NCBI GenBank assembly: GCA_021775855.1
Contig: JAJFGZ010000050.1
Location: forward strand, 23,335 to 87,334
Direction of reading: 5' to 3'
DNA from: Hyphomicrobiales bacterium
Lineage (GTDB): Bacteria > Pseudomonadota > Alphaproteobacteria > Rhizobiales > NORP267
DNA length: 64,000 nucleotides
Position 1 is the first letter of the stretch; every line of letters starts with the position of its first letter. The notes beneath the pieces were generated by a model. It ran no database searches. It saw nothing but the letters and a program-made list of their open reading frames with translations, and was not told the origin of the DNA. The position numbers and the translations under genes were made by a program. This document shows, in pieces, positions 17,890 to 27,554 of the stretch.

Positions 17890-18105
17890 CTATTCCGGAG
17901 GATCCGGTTGATATGCCAGTAAATCGCCCGGCTGACAATCGAGCGCTTTGCAGATCGCGTCCAGCGTCGTCAGACGAACGGCCCTCGCCTTGCCGGTCTT
18001 CAGGATGGACAGGTTCTGTTCTGTGATCCCGATATGCTCGGCAAGCTCGTTGGATTTCATTTTCCGAACAGCGAGCATCACGTCGAGATTTATAATGATC
18101 GCCAT
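17890..18105 (-). CDS. Small Cro/C1-type HTH regulator (YozG-like)
   Basis: 71 aa. LDVMLAVRKMKSNELAEHIGITEQNLSILKTGKARAVRLTTLDAICKALDCQPGDLL. Confidence 0.8.
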   Translation of the reverse strand: MAIIINLDVMLAVRKMKSNELAEHIGITEQNLSILKTGKARAVRLTTLDAICKALDCQPGDLLAYQPDPPE

Positions 18106-18113
18106 TGCATTTC

Positions 18114-18653
18114 CTACACCGTGTGGGCTTGTTCGTCTTCCAGTTTGCGGCCTTCATTCATGACCCATGCAATGATCAAGACGATTCCCGCAATGATCAA
18201 AGTAAATATGTCTATCAATTCAAAACCAACGACCAGCTCTCGTTGTCCGACCGGGTTTGTAAACGAAACAACCATGCTGATCAGCGGTGTGAAAAGCGTC
18301 GCGGCAATTGCCCAAGCGATAAACGTATACCCCAGTTGGCGGAAATATTTCACATTCTCATTGGCGAATATGATTCCGTCGGCGTAGAGCCTGAACAAGC
18401 CTTTCAAGGTCACAAGGCCATAAATAATGACGCCTATCGGCAACAGGCTGACCAGGGCTCCAAGCACCAGTTGAATTATTGTCAGGTCTCGGCTTGGCAT
18501 CACCGGCAGGTCGCTGTGCAATTCAACGGGCAACCGGTTGAAAAGTGCCCAGTAAAAAAGTCCGGCAACCGGCACGACGACGAGCAGCGCATTGAACAAT
18601 AGGATGTACTTACGGCTGACCCGCTTTATGTGGTGCATGCTGTTATCGGCCAT
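18114..18653 (-). CDS. DUF2975-like integral membrane protein
   Basis: 179 aa with 4-5 hydrophobic helices. The pairing with a YozG-like HTH gene is characteristic, from memory. Confidence 0.6.
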   Translation of the reverse strand: MADNSMHHIKRVSRKYILLFNALLVVVPVAGLFYWALFNRLPVELHSDLPVMPSRDLTIIQLVLGALVSLLPIGVIIYGLVTLKGLFRLYADGIIFANENVKYFRQLGYTFIAWAIAATLFTPLISMVVSFTNPVGQRELVVGFELIDIFTLIIAGIVLIIAWVMNEGRKLEDEQAHTV

Positions 18654-18688
18654 CGTCCCTATCCTTACTTTTATAAATCCGACACCAA

Positions 18689-19591
18689 TTATTGGCGGCC
18701 AAATTGGTAGGCCGCGCCAATCAGAACCCTGAATTGATTCTGCGACCCGGTATTGGCAACAATAGGACTGTCGGCGGCTTCATCAAGCAGGCGTTGATAG
18801 CCGACATCGCCGACAAGAACAATTTTATCCGATATCTCATACGTCGCGCCGATTTGAATCCCGACGTCTTTCATGCCCGAACCAGCGCTAAATGCCGTCA
18901 GCCCGGTTGCAGCTGCCTGGGCCGGGGTGACACCGAAGAACCCTTGCATGAAATTATCGTCTGCCCAACTTGCAGACACACCGAACGTCAGATCAAGCCG
19001 ATCATTTGGTTGCGCCGTCAGATCTGTGCTGAAAGTCATTAGTTCGCCATCCTGGGCGCCGCCCACATCCTGAGGACTGTATGTAAATTCCGCCGACCAG
19101 GGTCCGGCACTGGCTTCGAGGAAGGCGCCGATCGCGACGCTGTCGTCGATTTCTCCGAGGCCACGCAGCGCATCATCGGGGTCCCGTCCCTGATGCACGC
19201 GCAGCATCGGACCGGCTGACAGCATAAACCGCTGTTCCAACCCTTCAGTGTAGCCAAAATTAAGGGCGTTCCATCCAAGTGTCGCAATGCCGTAATTTGG
19301 ATTGGCGGTTGCGCCTTTCAGAAAAAAGAAGCCCTGCTGGCGGATGTCGGCCAATGGCATTAAATTGGCGGATTGCCCGTCCGATCCCGGATAGTCCGGT
19401 GACGCAACGGCGGCGAGGCCAATATACCCGGCAACGCCAGTACCGTTCGGGAGGCCGACCCCAACGGAAACAGTACGGGTCCCTGCGCCTGCAGCGGGCG
19501 TTTCTTGCGCAAACAGGTTTTGGCCAGGGAGCGCGATAGCGAGGGCCGCTGTGGTGGTAAATACAACGATCAGAGATTTCATGGCGGTCAT
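18689..19591 (-). CDS. MipA/OmpV-family outer-membrane protein
   Basis: Signal peptide. SPDYPGSDGQ motif and a beta-barrel pattern ending in ...AAYQFGRQ. Confidence 0.65.
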   Translation of the reverse strand: MTAMKSLIVVFTTTAALAIALPGQNLFAQETPAAGAGTRTVSVGVGLPNGTGVAGYIGLAAVASPDYPGSDGQSANLMPLADIRQQGFFFLKGATANPNYGIATLGWNALNFGYTEGLEQRFMLSAGPMLRVHQGRDPDDALRGLGEIDDSVAIGAFLEASAGPWSAEFTYSPQDVGGAQDGELMTFSTDLTAQPNDRLDLTFGVSASWADDNFMQGFFGVTPAQAAATGLTAFSAGSGMKDVGIQIGATYEISDKIVLVGDVGYQRLLDEAADSPIVANTGSQNQFRVLIGAAYQFGRQ

Positions 19592-19851
19592 AATTCCTTA
19601 TGCAACTGGATACTATGTCCGCTTTAAGATGAATAATTATCGTTTGTCAATAAATTGTTACCCTTATATATTTATTTCTCCCCATTCCTTGCCGCCTTGT
19701 CCATCCTGAATTTGAAAACCATGTCGTACATGCCGGCGGAACGGTCGAGTAGACGGCGGGCGTCAACATTTCGCGCCGCCCCGGTCACGCCGATAGACAT
19801 GCCGAACGCCACTCTGCTAGGATTCCCAAAATCTAGCTCTGGGAAAAAACC

Positions 19852-20157
19852 ATGAATCGCAAGGACCGTCTCGCCGCACGCAAGGATGGGGAATTGGACA
19901 CAACCGGATTTTTGCGGGTCGCCGACAAATTCATCGATGTGGCGAACCGTGAAAACAAGAAGGTGAACGCCACCCAATTGCATATGGTGTTTCTTTACGC
20001 CTCAACCCGCTACAGCGCGTATGTGGCCAACGCGATCCTCAATGTGGACAATCACGAAGAATTTGTGGAGACCATGACCGGGCATTACCAGGAAATGCTG
20101 CGCCAACATCTGGCTGACGAAAACCTGAGTGCGCCGGCTAAAAATACATCGAATTAA
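19852..20157 (+). CDS. DUF3144-like small protein
   Basis: 101 aa. FIDVANRENKK...LYASTRYSAYV pattern recalled for DUF3144. Confidence 0.5.
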   Translation: MNRKDRLAARKDGELDTTGFLRVADKFIDVANRENKKVNATQLHMVFLYASTRYSAYVANAILNVDNHEEFVETMTGHYQEMLRQHLADENLSAPAKNTSN

Positions 20158-21371
20158 GCGCCATCCCGCAATATGGCTGCGATGTCGTCGTGCCCAGCCA
20201 TCTCGGCGGCTTCGATCGCCGTCCACCCGCCATTGTCGCTCAAGGTTGGATCGGCTCCGGCATCCAGCAACTTCTGTACTATATGGATATGGCCGCCATT
20301 GGCGGCCCACATGATGGCTGTCGATCCATCCGAGGAATTGCGCAAATCGGGCGGAAAACCCTCGGCCAGAAGATAGTCCACGATATCTTCAAATCCGCTA
20401 CCGCTGGCCAGGGTCAAGGGATGGCGGCCGATGATGTTTTCGGCGTCCAGCGGCAACCCGGCATCAACCAGTTTCTGAACAATTTCTAAAATGCCTGAGG
20501 CGACGCCTGCAGCCAAATGGCCGCCACGAACATCAGGCGCGACGCCAACAAGATCCTGCGCGGCCCCTCGCGCGATCAATATATCTACGAGTGTAGCATT
20601 GCCATTTTCCGCAGCCATGGCCAAAGCCGTGCGGCCTTTGTGATCAAAATCGTGGAGACCGGCCCCGCTATCGAGTATCAGTCGAACCCGGTCGGTTTCG
20701 CCATTGGCGACAGCCGACATAAGCGGCGTCCAGCCGTCATCCGCCGCCTGATTGACATCCGCTCCCGCCGCCAGCAATTCGGTAATGACCGCAATCGCGG
20801 ATTCGCGGGGGTCGTCGGCAACGGAATCGCGGCGGCTCTGAAGCGCGAAATGCAGTGCGGTCATCCCGTTGCCTGCGCTGCGGGCACCAACATTCGCTCC
20901 GGAATCAAGCAACAGAGCAATCATTGTCGCGGAATCGCTGCGGGCAGCCACCATCAACGCTGTTTTGCCACCACGGGCTTCCTGCACCTCCAGATCGGCG
21001 CCGGATTCCACCAAAAGGCGAACCGCGCCGGGTTTGGATTTATCGGCCGCCTCCATCAGGGGCGTCCAGTTTTCGCGATTCGCTCGATCCGGGTCGGCGC
21101 CCTGATCGAGCAGAATTTCCATGGCGGCAAGACTGCCGCGTTCGGCGGCGCGGATAAGCGCGGTTGTGCCTGACCCGGTTTCCGGCCAGATCGCGTCGGG
21201 GTCGACGCCGTTGCGGAGCAAAACCCGGACAATATCGGCGCGGTCTTCTGTCACCGCCGCCAAAAGCAGTTCGGCGGGTGCGCGTTCTGATGCTGTTTGG
21301 GCGACAGCCGGGATGACGCCCGCAAGCAGAATTAGAAAGGCAAGAAGTCTAGGTAACATTGTCTTCGCCAT
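20154..21371 (-). CDS. Periplasmic ankyrin-repeat protein
   Basis: Start chosen at MAKTMLPRLLAFLILLAGVIPAVAQ (ATG 21371; alternative 21359). About 11 ankyrin-like repeats (G.TALM.AA..G....V..LL..GAD). The longer track ORF (to 21578) would overlap the upstream gene by 230 nt. Confidence 0.8.
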   Translation of the reverse strand: MAKTMLPRLLAFLILLAGVIPAVAQTASERAPAELLLAAVTEDRADIVRVLLRNGVDPDAIWPETGSGTTALIRAAERGSLAAMEILLDQGADPDRANRENWTPLMEAADKSKPGAVRLLVESGADLEVQEARGGKTALMVAARSDSATMIALLLDSGANVGARSAGNGMTALHFALQSRRDSVADDPRESAIAVITELLAAGADVNQAADDGWTPLMSAVANGETDRVRLILDSGAGLHDFDHKGRTALAMAAENGNATLVDILIARGAAQDLVGVAPDVRGGHLAAGVASGILEIVQKLVDAGLPLDAENIIGRHPLTLASGSGFEDIVDYLLAEGFPPDLRNSSDGSTAIMWAANGGHIHIVQKLLDAGADPTLSDNGGWTAIEAAEMAGHDDIAAILRDGA

Positions 21372-21945
21372 TGTCCCCGTCTCCGACCCCGGCTTCGTCG
21401 TCTTTGGCCGTTGATTCAACCGGAATATCTTCGTTCTCCGATATGCTGGTCGCTTCAGGCACCGCCGTGTTCTCACCTTCAGCAACGGCATTATCTTCCG
21501 GGCGCACCTCTTCGACGACCTTTTTGCCCTGGTTGAGATACCCCTCGCCCGCCTGATACGCTGATTGGATGGCCACACCCTTGTTGCTCATGTCGGAATA
21601 GTCTTCGCCATATTCCAACAAGCCGTCAACAACCCTGAAGGAGGGGTCGGTACGCCACAATTTTTGCAGCGCCATGCGTTTGATATGTTGCGGCACTGAT
21701 TTTTTTAGGAATGTCGAGAAATCGGAATCAATATCCAGTTTTTCCACGTCTTCTTCTGTGGGGATAAAGTCCGATTCCCCGTCCGGGGATAACGAAACCT
21801 CATCCGCTTCGGCAGGAACGGTGTCCGGGTCGGCCTTAAGCAATTCGAGATCATCCAGGGGGCCGGAACTCTCAACTTCCTGGACAGCGACTTTTCGCTC
21901 GGACCAGCGCGCGAGAAAACCTTTGTCGTCCTTCTCACTGGTCAT
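21349..21945 (-). CDS. DUF3306-family protein
   Basis: N-terminal GFLARWSERK, an acidic middle region, and C-terminal ALQKLWRTDPSF..DGLLEYGEDYS, as recalled for DUF3306. Confidence 0.7.
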   Translation of the reverse strand: MTSEKDDKGFLARWSERKVAVQEVESSGPLDDLELLKADPDTVPAEADEVSLSPDGESDFIPTEEDVEKLDIDSDFSTFLKKSVPQHIKRMALQKLWRTDPSFRVVDGLLEYGEDYSDMSNKGVAIQSAYQAGEGYLNQGKKVVEEVRPEDNAVAEGENTAVPEATSISENEDIPVESTAKDDEAGVGDGDNGEDNVT

Positions 21946-22486
21946 CGTTAGGTCTTCCTAAATCCGATTGCCGGGTCAATCCGAAAATCGGTTCCTTGCC
22001 GAATTTTTCCGGCTCGTCACGGAAATCGTGGCGTTTGCGCTTTTTGAAAGGCTCCTCGACATGGTGTGCATCGACAAAATCACGGACCCAGGCGATCAAG
22101 CCGTCCGGCATGGGAATCCGCTCGACAATATCCTCGCCTGCATCTTCCAGGTCCTGGGCTTCGAACGGCGATGCCGTCACCATAAAAACCCTGTAGGGCT
22201 GTTCCGTATCACCATCCTCCTTGTCGCGCAGCACCGTATAGACCGAGGGTTGCTTGTCCGACAGATTGACCACGTAAGCTTCGGTGTCGGTGTGGTGGAG
22301 CGACAATGGCATGGTGGCAGCGTGGTAATGGGTCCATCCATCGCCAGCGGCGATCTCGAGCCAATCATCGCGTGGACCGGCGCCCGGTAGAATACCGACA
22401 GGCTTCCAGACCCAGTCGATCCACGGAGACGTCGCCTTGCGCTTCTCGACCACAACCCCAAGCGGCATGGTTATTTCCGGTTCCAC
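21935..22486 (-). CDS. DUF3305-family protein
   Basis: MPLGVVVEKRKATSPWIDWVWKPVGILPGA...; pattern recalled for DUF3305. Overlaps the DUF3306 gene by 11 nt. Confidence 0.7.
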   Translation of the reverse strand: MEPEITMPLGVVVEKRKATSPWIDWVWKPVGILPGAGPRDDWLEIAAGDGWTHYHAATMPLSLHHTDTEAYVVNLSDKQPSVYTVLRDKEDGDTEQPYRVFMVTASPFEAQDLEDAGEDIVERIPMPDGLIAWVRDFVDAHHVEEPFKKRKRHDFRDEPEKFGKEPIFGLTRQSDLGRPNDDQ

Positions 22487-22654
22487 CGCAATTCCTCTTA
22501 AATCTGGAAAAAATCAGTATAGCCGAACGGCTGATATGGGCCAGCTTTTTAGACTGGTTCCAAACCGGCGAGACGGATAGACTGCCCTATTGAGGGAGTT
22601 GACGGCGGTAGCATTAAGCCGCCGATTTATGGTTGGATTCGCGGGAGCGTTAGT

Positions 22655-24754
22655 ATGAAGATCAAGGACCGCAGGGTCCTGGTCTGCAATTGCGAGCAGA
22701 CCATGGAGTTGGATCCCCGCGCTTTGGCAAAGGCGCTTGGTGCTGAAGACGGACCGCATATCCACAACAATCTCTGCCGGATGGAGATCGAAGCCTTCGA
22801 AACCGCGCTGAAGGGCGGGGATCCGCTACTCGTTGCCTGCTCCCAGGAAGCGCCGCTTTTCAAGGAAATCAACGCCGAGAATGGTGACGAGGCGGACCTC
22901 GCCTTCGTCAATATCCGCGAACGCGCCGGGTGGTGCACGGGACGCGCCAAGCCCACCGCAAAAATAGCGGCATTATTGGCGGAAGCAGTTCATGTGGCCA
23001 AGCCGACTGGGTCGATAAGCCTGAATTCCGACGGCATGTGCCTCGTCTACGGTGCCGGACAGGAGGCACTGGACGTTGCTGAGCAACTATCGCCGCGGCT
23101 CAACGTCACGCTACTACTCAACAACGTAGACAACATCGTCCCCCCCACGGTTGTGAATGTGCCTGTCTATCAGGGTCAAATCGCGCGGGCGTCCGGGCAC
23201 CTGGGTGCGTTCGAGATCATCGTCGACCAATACGCGCCGGTGATGGCGTCTTCGAAATCGTCGCTTGAATTCCTGATGGCCCAGGACGGCGCGGCGTCGA
23301 AATGCAGCCTGATATTCGATATGTCCGGCGGCGCGCCGCTATTCACTGGACACGAAAAGCGCGACGGATATTTTCACGTGGACCCCGGCCATCCTGCGGG
23401 AATCGCGCAGGCCATGTTCGAGATTTCCGATATGATCGGCGAGTTTGAAAAGCCGCTATATGTGGATTTCGACGCCGATATCTGTGCCCATAGCCGAAAC
23501 GGCCTGGTGGGGTGCAGCAATTGTCTTGATGCCTGTCCGGCGGGCGCGATTGAACCTTCGGGCGACTATATCCGTGTCGATCCGGCGGTCTGCGGCGGGT
23601 GCGGCATGTGCAGTTCGGCCTGCCCAACAGGCGCTGTCAGTTTCGCCCTGCCGCGCCGTGAAGATTTGACCAAGCGGATCCAGATACTGCTTGCAACTTA
23701 TACTGGAGCCGGGGGCAAAAGCCCGGTTCTGTTGTTCCACGACCAATCCCACGGCGCCGATCTGATCAGCGCCATTTCGCGTTTTGGTGGCGGATTGCCG
23801 ATCAATGTGTTGCCGATAGCGGTATTTTCAACGGGCCAGATCGGACACGATGTGATCGCTGCTGCGCTTGCGGCGGGTGCCGAACAGGTGGTCGCGCTGG
23901 CATCGCCCCAGCGAATGGAAGAGAACGCGACGCTGGAAACCCAGATCGAGCTGGCCAATGCGTTTATATCAGGACTTGGGTTGGACGATGCTTCCCGGGT
24001 CCACGGGCTCGTCGAATCCGATCCGGACAAGGTGGAGATCTTTCTCCGGGAGTTGCCGGCGGGAAGGCTAGGCAAATCGCGCGGCAAGGGCAAACAAGGC
24101 GCGCCAGGACTGTTCGAGGCGGTTGGGGGGAAGCGGGCTATTGCCAGGGCGGCGTTTCTGAGGCTGCATGAACGTGCGGACAAGGCCCCGGATACGATCG
24201 AACTACCCGCCCTCGCGCCTTATGGCGAAATAAAAATCGCGACAGAGGGATGCACTCTCTGTCTGGCCTGTGTCAGTTGTTGCCCGGCCGACGCGCTCCA
24301 CGACAATCCGGATAAGCCCCAGGTCAGGTTCCTTGAATCGGCCTGCGTCCAGTGCGGCCTGTGCGCCACCACCTGCCCGGAGAAAGTGATTACCCTCGTT
24401 CCGCGTTTCAACTTCGCAACAGAGGCGCTGTCGCCCCGCATTCTCTACGAGGAAGAGCCTGCGGAATGCATCCGTTGCGGCAAGGAGTTTGGATCGAAGG
24501 GCACGATCGAGCGGATCGTCGAGCAGTTGGCGAACAAGCATTCCATGTTCATGGGCGAAGACCGCGCCGACCTGATCCGCATGTGCGACGATTGCCGGAT
24601 CATCGCCCAGAGCGAATCCACCGACAACCCTTTTGCCGCCGGGGACCGGCCACGGGTACGCATGTCGGAAGATTACCTCTCAGCGGAAGAGGATATCCGC
24701 AAGCAAGGCGACAAAGCCTTGAAAAGCCGTGATTTCCTGAAGGATGAAGACTGA
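22655..24754 (+). CDS. Large (699-aa) 4Fe-4S poly-ferredoxin-like protein
   Basis: Two 2x[4Fe-4S] ferredoxin motifs (CSNCLDACP...CGGCGMCSSACP and CTLCLACVSCCP...CVQCGLCATTCP), an N-terminal CNC motif and a C-terminal CIRCG...CDDC zinc-ribbon-like pair. Confidence 0.8.
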   Translation: MKIKDRRVLVCNCEQTMELDPRALAKALGAEDGPHIHNNLCRMEIEAFETALKGGDPLLVACSQEAPLFKEINAENGDEADLAFVNIRERAGWCTGRAKPTAKIAALLAEAVHVAKPTGSISLNSDGMCLVYGAGQEALDVAEQLSPRLNVTLLLNNVDNIVPPTVVNVPVYQGQIARASGHLGAFEIIVDQYAPVMASSKSSLEFLMAQDGAASKCSLIFDMSGGAPLFTGHEKRDGYFHVDPGHPAGIAQAMFEISDMIGEFEKPLYVDFDADICAHSRNGLVGCSNCLDACPAGAIEPSGDYIRVDPAVCGGCGMCSSACPTGAVSFALPRREDLTKRIQILLATYTGAGGKSPVLLFHDQSHGADLISAISRFGGGLPINVLPIAVFSTGQIGHDVIAAALAAGAEQVVALASPQRMEENATLETQIELANAFISGLGLDDASRVHGLVESDPDKVEIFLRELPAGRLGKSRGKGKQGAPGLFEAVGGKRAIARAAFLRLHERADKAPDTIELPALAPYGEIKIATEGCTLCLACVSCCPADALHDNPDKPQVRFLESACVQCGLCATTCPEKVITLVPRFNFATEALSPRILYEEEPAECIRCGKEFGSKGTIERIVEQLANKHSMFMGEDRADLIRMCDDCRIIAQSESTDNPFAAGDRPRVRMSEDYLSAEEDIRKQGDKALKSRDFLKDED

Positions 24755-24777
24755 CCTCAGACAGTCATACGCCACTT

Positions 24778-25074
24778 TCATTGCGGGGGCGGAGAACTGT
24801 CCACATCGCCAAATTCATACAGGCAATAGGCTTCCGCCCTGCCCTTGAACAATTCATACTGGGCGTCCTGCAACACATTTTCAGCGCGCATATTTTCAAC
24901 GGCGCCGAGGCGGCGCTCCAGGCACGCCGCCAGTGCCGGCTGGGTGATCTGGTCTTCGACCTCGGGCGGCTCGATAAAACTTTCCCGGTTCAGATAAGCG
25001 AACGCGCCTATGCCCGCCGCCAGAACAAGGGCTGCGATGATCCGCCCTGTTTTACTGTCGGGCTTTTCAGCCAT
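24778..25074 (-). CDS. Small membrane-anchored hypothetical protein
   Basis: 98 aa with one N-terminal TM helix (IIAALVLAAGIGAFAYL). Last gene of the long minus-strand operon. Confidence 0.5.
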   Translation of the reverse strand: MAEKPDSKTGRIIAALVLAAGIGAFAYLNRESFIEPPEVEDQITQPALAACLERRLGAVENMRAENVLQDAQYELFKGRAEAYCLYEFGDVDSSPPPQ

Positions 25075-25088
25075 TCTTGCTCCCCGTT

Positions 25089-26111
25089 CTAGCTTTCCTT
25101 CACGAGCGGCAGATTGATCAACAGGTTCTGGGGCTTCATTTTCACACGGCTGCCCTGCCCCATAGCCAGCCCCAGATAGACCGGCTTATGTTGCATAGAA
25201 GATACCGCATCGGCGGGGTCGCGGAAATCCAGTTTAAAAAGGGCGATGATCCGCGTCATGTCTTCGACCGGAACGTCGCGCCCTTCATAGAGGGCGTTCA
25301 GGATCCGGGTTGCCTCGATATCGAGCCCCACATGCCAGCTCCAGCGCTCGTCCGTGATCGACTGCATGGGTTGGACGCGGGTCTCGACGCGGAGGAAATG
25401 AGAGATCCAGGCTTCGATCACCCGGGCGAATGCGTCGAGGCCAGGTTGGGTAAAACGCAGATCGAGGACAGTATCGAACCGGTCGCTGCGCTCCCAATAT
25501 TGGTATTTATTGTCGTCATCGAGCACGTCCAGTTCGACGCTCGCCATCGGGGTGTTGGTTGAGGTAAGCAACTGGCCGAGGCCTCCGAGACCACCTGTCT
25601 CGGCGTGCATACTGACAATCTCCTCGTCCGCAAGCATCAATTGTCCGTCACTGGTATTGACATTCTGATCTCGGAAAAACAATTCGCCCGCCCGCGCCCT
25701 CAACGGGTCCTGAACGGAACGTAATATATTGTGCATGATGACGTGGACCATCTGGTCGATAAAAACCGGCGGCACCCGTATATCGGACTGCTTCATCATG
25801 CTTATATAGGCAGCCTCAAGGGTTCCATGTTTGATCAGCAGGTCACGAAATCCGAGGATGATCTGATAATTCTCGCGGGCATCCTCGTCGATAATTCGAG
25901 CAATTTGATCCGAATCAACCTTGCAGAATGGGTCCGCCATGAGCGTTTCGAACAGGGCGTGTTCGGCCTCACAGGATTCCTCCACGGGGTGGATTTCCGG
26001 GCGGGTAAAGTAGGCCCGTAGATAGTCCGGCGTAACTTTCAACCAGCCGTCATCGGTGGTTTCCAGCAAATGACCGCCTGCTGATTTCCAGAATTCAGGC
26101 ATCGTCCTCAA
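25089..26111 (-). CDS. Uncharacterised conserved protein (340 aa; DUF-type)
   Basis: No motif recognised. Tightly coupled to its neighbours (17-nt overlap upstream, 14-nt gap downstream). Confidence 0.6.
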   Translation of the reverse strand: MRTMPEFWKSAGGHLLETTDDGWLKVTPDYLRAYFTRPEIHPVEESCEAEHALFETLMADPFCKVDSDQIARIIDEDARENYQIILGFRDLLIKHGTLEAAYISMMKQSDIRVPPVFIDQMVHVIMHNILRSVQDPLRARAGELFFRDQNVNTSDGQLMLADEEIVSMHAETGGLGGLGQLLTSTNTPMASVELDVLDDDNKYQYWERSDRFDTVLDLRFTQPGLDAFARVIEAWISHFLRVETRVQPMQSITDERWSWHVGLDIEATRILNALYEGRDVPVEDMTRIIALFKLDFRDPADAVSSMQHKPVYLGLAMGQGSRVKMKPQNLLINLPLVKES

Positions 26112-26577
26112 CCTGCCAAATCTTGGTGTGGACCAATCCGGTCGGGGGCTGAATTATTCTGAATTCTTCGTGGATGGCGCCCTGCGTGTCAAATTCGCGC
26201 AGCACAGCGAACAGGGTATTGATCGGGACATTGCTGCAAAAATCTGCCGTGAAATCTATCTCTGACTTGGCGGCGTCTTGCGCTTCTGCCTTACCGGGCG
26301 CGCCATAAACGTTGATCAGATGCTCTGCGAGTTGACCGCAACATTGTTCATAATCATCGTTGCCCGCATCGGCGACGGACACAAAAGTCGCGCGGGCAAA
26401 GTTCGACAGGCCGAGCCAGCCATTGCGGAATGCCTGCTTCTCCTTGCCTTCAATGGTTTCAGGGTCGACGTCAACGAAAGCGAAGGCGCCCGAGATAGCC
26501 CATTCATCGGGACCGGCGGCGATCCCGAAAATGTTGTCGTCGGTGTCGTCAAAACGGATTGTGCGCAACAGTCTCAT
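26095..26577 (-). CDS. Uncharacterised conserved protein (160 aa; DUF-type)
   Basis: MRLLRTIRFDDTDDNIF... No recognised catalytic motif. 4-nt overlap with the upstream BPL-like gene. Confidence 0.6.
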   Translation of the reverse strand: MRLLRTIRFDDTDDNIFGIAAGPDEWAISGAFAFVDVDPETIEGKEKQAFRNGWLGLSNFARATFVSVADAGNDDYEQCCGQLAEHLINVYGAPGKAEAQDAAKSEIDFTADFCSNVPINTLFAVLREFDTQGAIHEEFRIIQPPTGLVHTKIWQVEDDA

Positions 26578-27320
26578 GACCCGTCCCGGGCATTTCCAAG
26601 GGCATTCTCGACGCTCAGAAGCCGGGTCTTTTCGCCCTCGCGCAACAAAAGATTGCCGGATTCGTCCAGACCCATGAAAGTTCCGATCAATGTCTCGCCC
26701 TCATAGGCAAGCGTGATTTCGCTCTCTTCGTCTTCGGCGCGATCCATCCAGGTATCGTGGACACTGCGAAACCCATCCGCTGACCAATTGTGGATCCAGG
26801 TCAGCAGGTGGCGGGCATAAGATTCCAGCAACTCGGAGCGGGTGATCTCGCCACAACCTTCTTCCATCAGGTTCGTAAAATCCAGATCGGTGCCAGGGTC
26901 GTCGATCATCCTGGCGGGCCGTATCTGGATACCCAGATCGAGCACCAGCCAGTCCGGCACACCTTCGCTGTCTGAATTATTCGAGGCAACAAGACGCATC
27001 ATGCCGATCTCGCCCTTATTGATCCGTAACCTGTTGGGCCATCGATAAAGCACGCCCACCTCCGGCGGCGCGAGTGCGCCAAAGGCGTCTGCGAACGCAA
27101 CCATCCCCACATGCAAAATCTCCATGGAGCGCGCACGGGATACTTCAGGCTCCAGTACAAGGGCGCATTCGAGCCGCTGAGTATTGTGGCTCCAGACCAA
27201 ATCGCCTGCGCTAAATGTTCCCGCACGGGCACCTTCGAGCGCATGTTCAAAAGCCCGCGTCGGGCTTTTGACACCGTGCCCGGTCAGCAACGGGGGAAAT
27301 GTGGGATCAGGCTGGTGCAC
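26574..27320 (-). CDS. Biotin/lipoate A/B protein-ligase-family-like protein (degenerate)
   Basis: 248 aa. YRWPNRLRINKGEIGMMRL parallels BirA KWPNDL..DRKLAGILVE. No GRGRxGRxW-type loop seen. Confidence 0.6.
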   Translation of the reverse strand: MHQPDPTFPPLLTGHGVKSPTRAFEHALEGARAGTFSAGDLVWSHNTQRLECALVLEPEVSRARSMEILHVGMVAFADAFGALAPPEVGVLYRWPNRLRINKGEIGMMRLVASNNSDSEGVPDWLVLDLGIQIRPARMIDDPGTDLDFTNLMEEGCGEITRSELLESYARHLLTWIHNWSADGFRSVHDTWMDRAEDEESEITLAYEGETLIGTFMGLDESGNLLLREGEKTRLLSVENALGNARDGS

Positions 27321-27328
27321 AGGGCTGG

Positions 27329-27523
27329 TTATCCAACGTCAATTTCACCCGTGACCACGTGATTCAATCCGGTGCCTTCGGCGGTTAAAACCATCTTGAC
27401 CTTGAGTGTGGGTGCGTCACCAAGGTCGGTCTCGCGGACCGTCGCCTCGATCTCCTGCTGCGATGTGACGCCAACCTGTTTCAGGAATTTGCGCATCGAC
27501 ATATTGAAATTTTCGTTGTCCAT
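27329..27523 (-). CDS. Small (64-aa) hypothetical protein
   Basis: I prefer the internal ATG at 27523 (MDNENFNMSMRKFLKQVGVTSQQEIE...). Short intergenic distances on both sides. Confidence 0.5.
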   Translation of the reverse strand: MDNENFNMSMRKFLKQVGVTSQQEIEATVRETDLGDAPTLKVKMVLTAEGTGLNHVVTGEIDVG

Positions 27524-27554
27524 TCTTCTCTCCAGAATATCTTGAAGGGTGAAA

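Noticed and set aside
21372-21578. The 69-residue N-terminal extension of the ankyrin ORF in the track (MWPSNQRIRRARG...).
   Set aside because: It is Arg/Lys-rich, non-signal-like sequence lying entirely inside the 3' end of the DUF3306-like gene. The internal ATG at 21371 yields a proper signal peptide.
22597-22618. Hairpin CGGCGG-N10-CCGCCG in the leader of the poly-ferredoxin gene, as a possible regulatory RNA.
   Set aside because: It is a short 6-bp stem with no U-run and no recognisable riboswitch context, so the evidence is insufficient.
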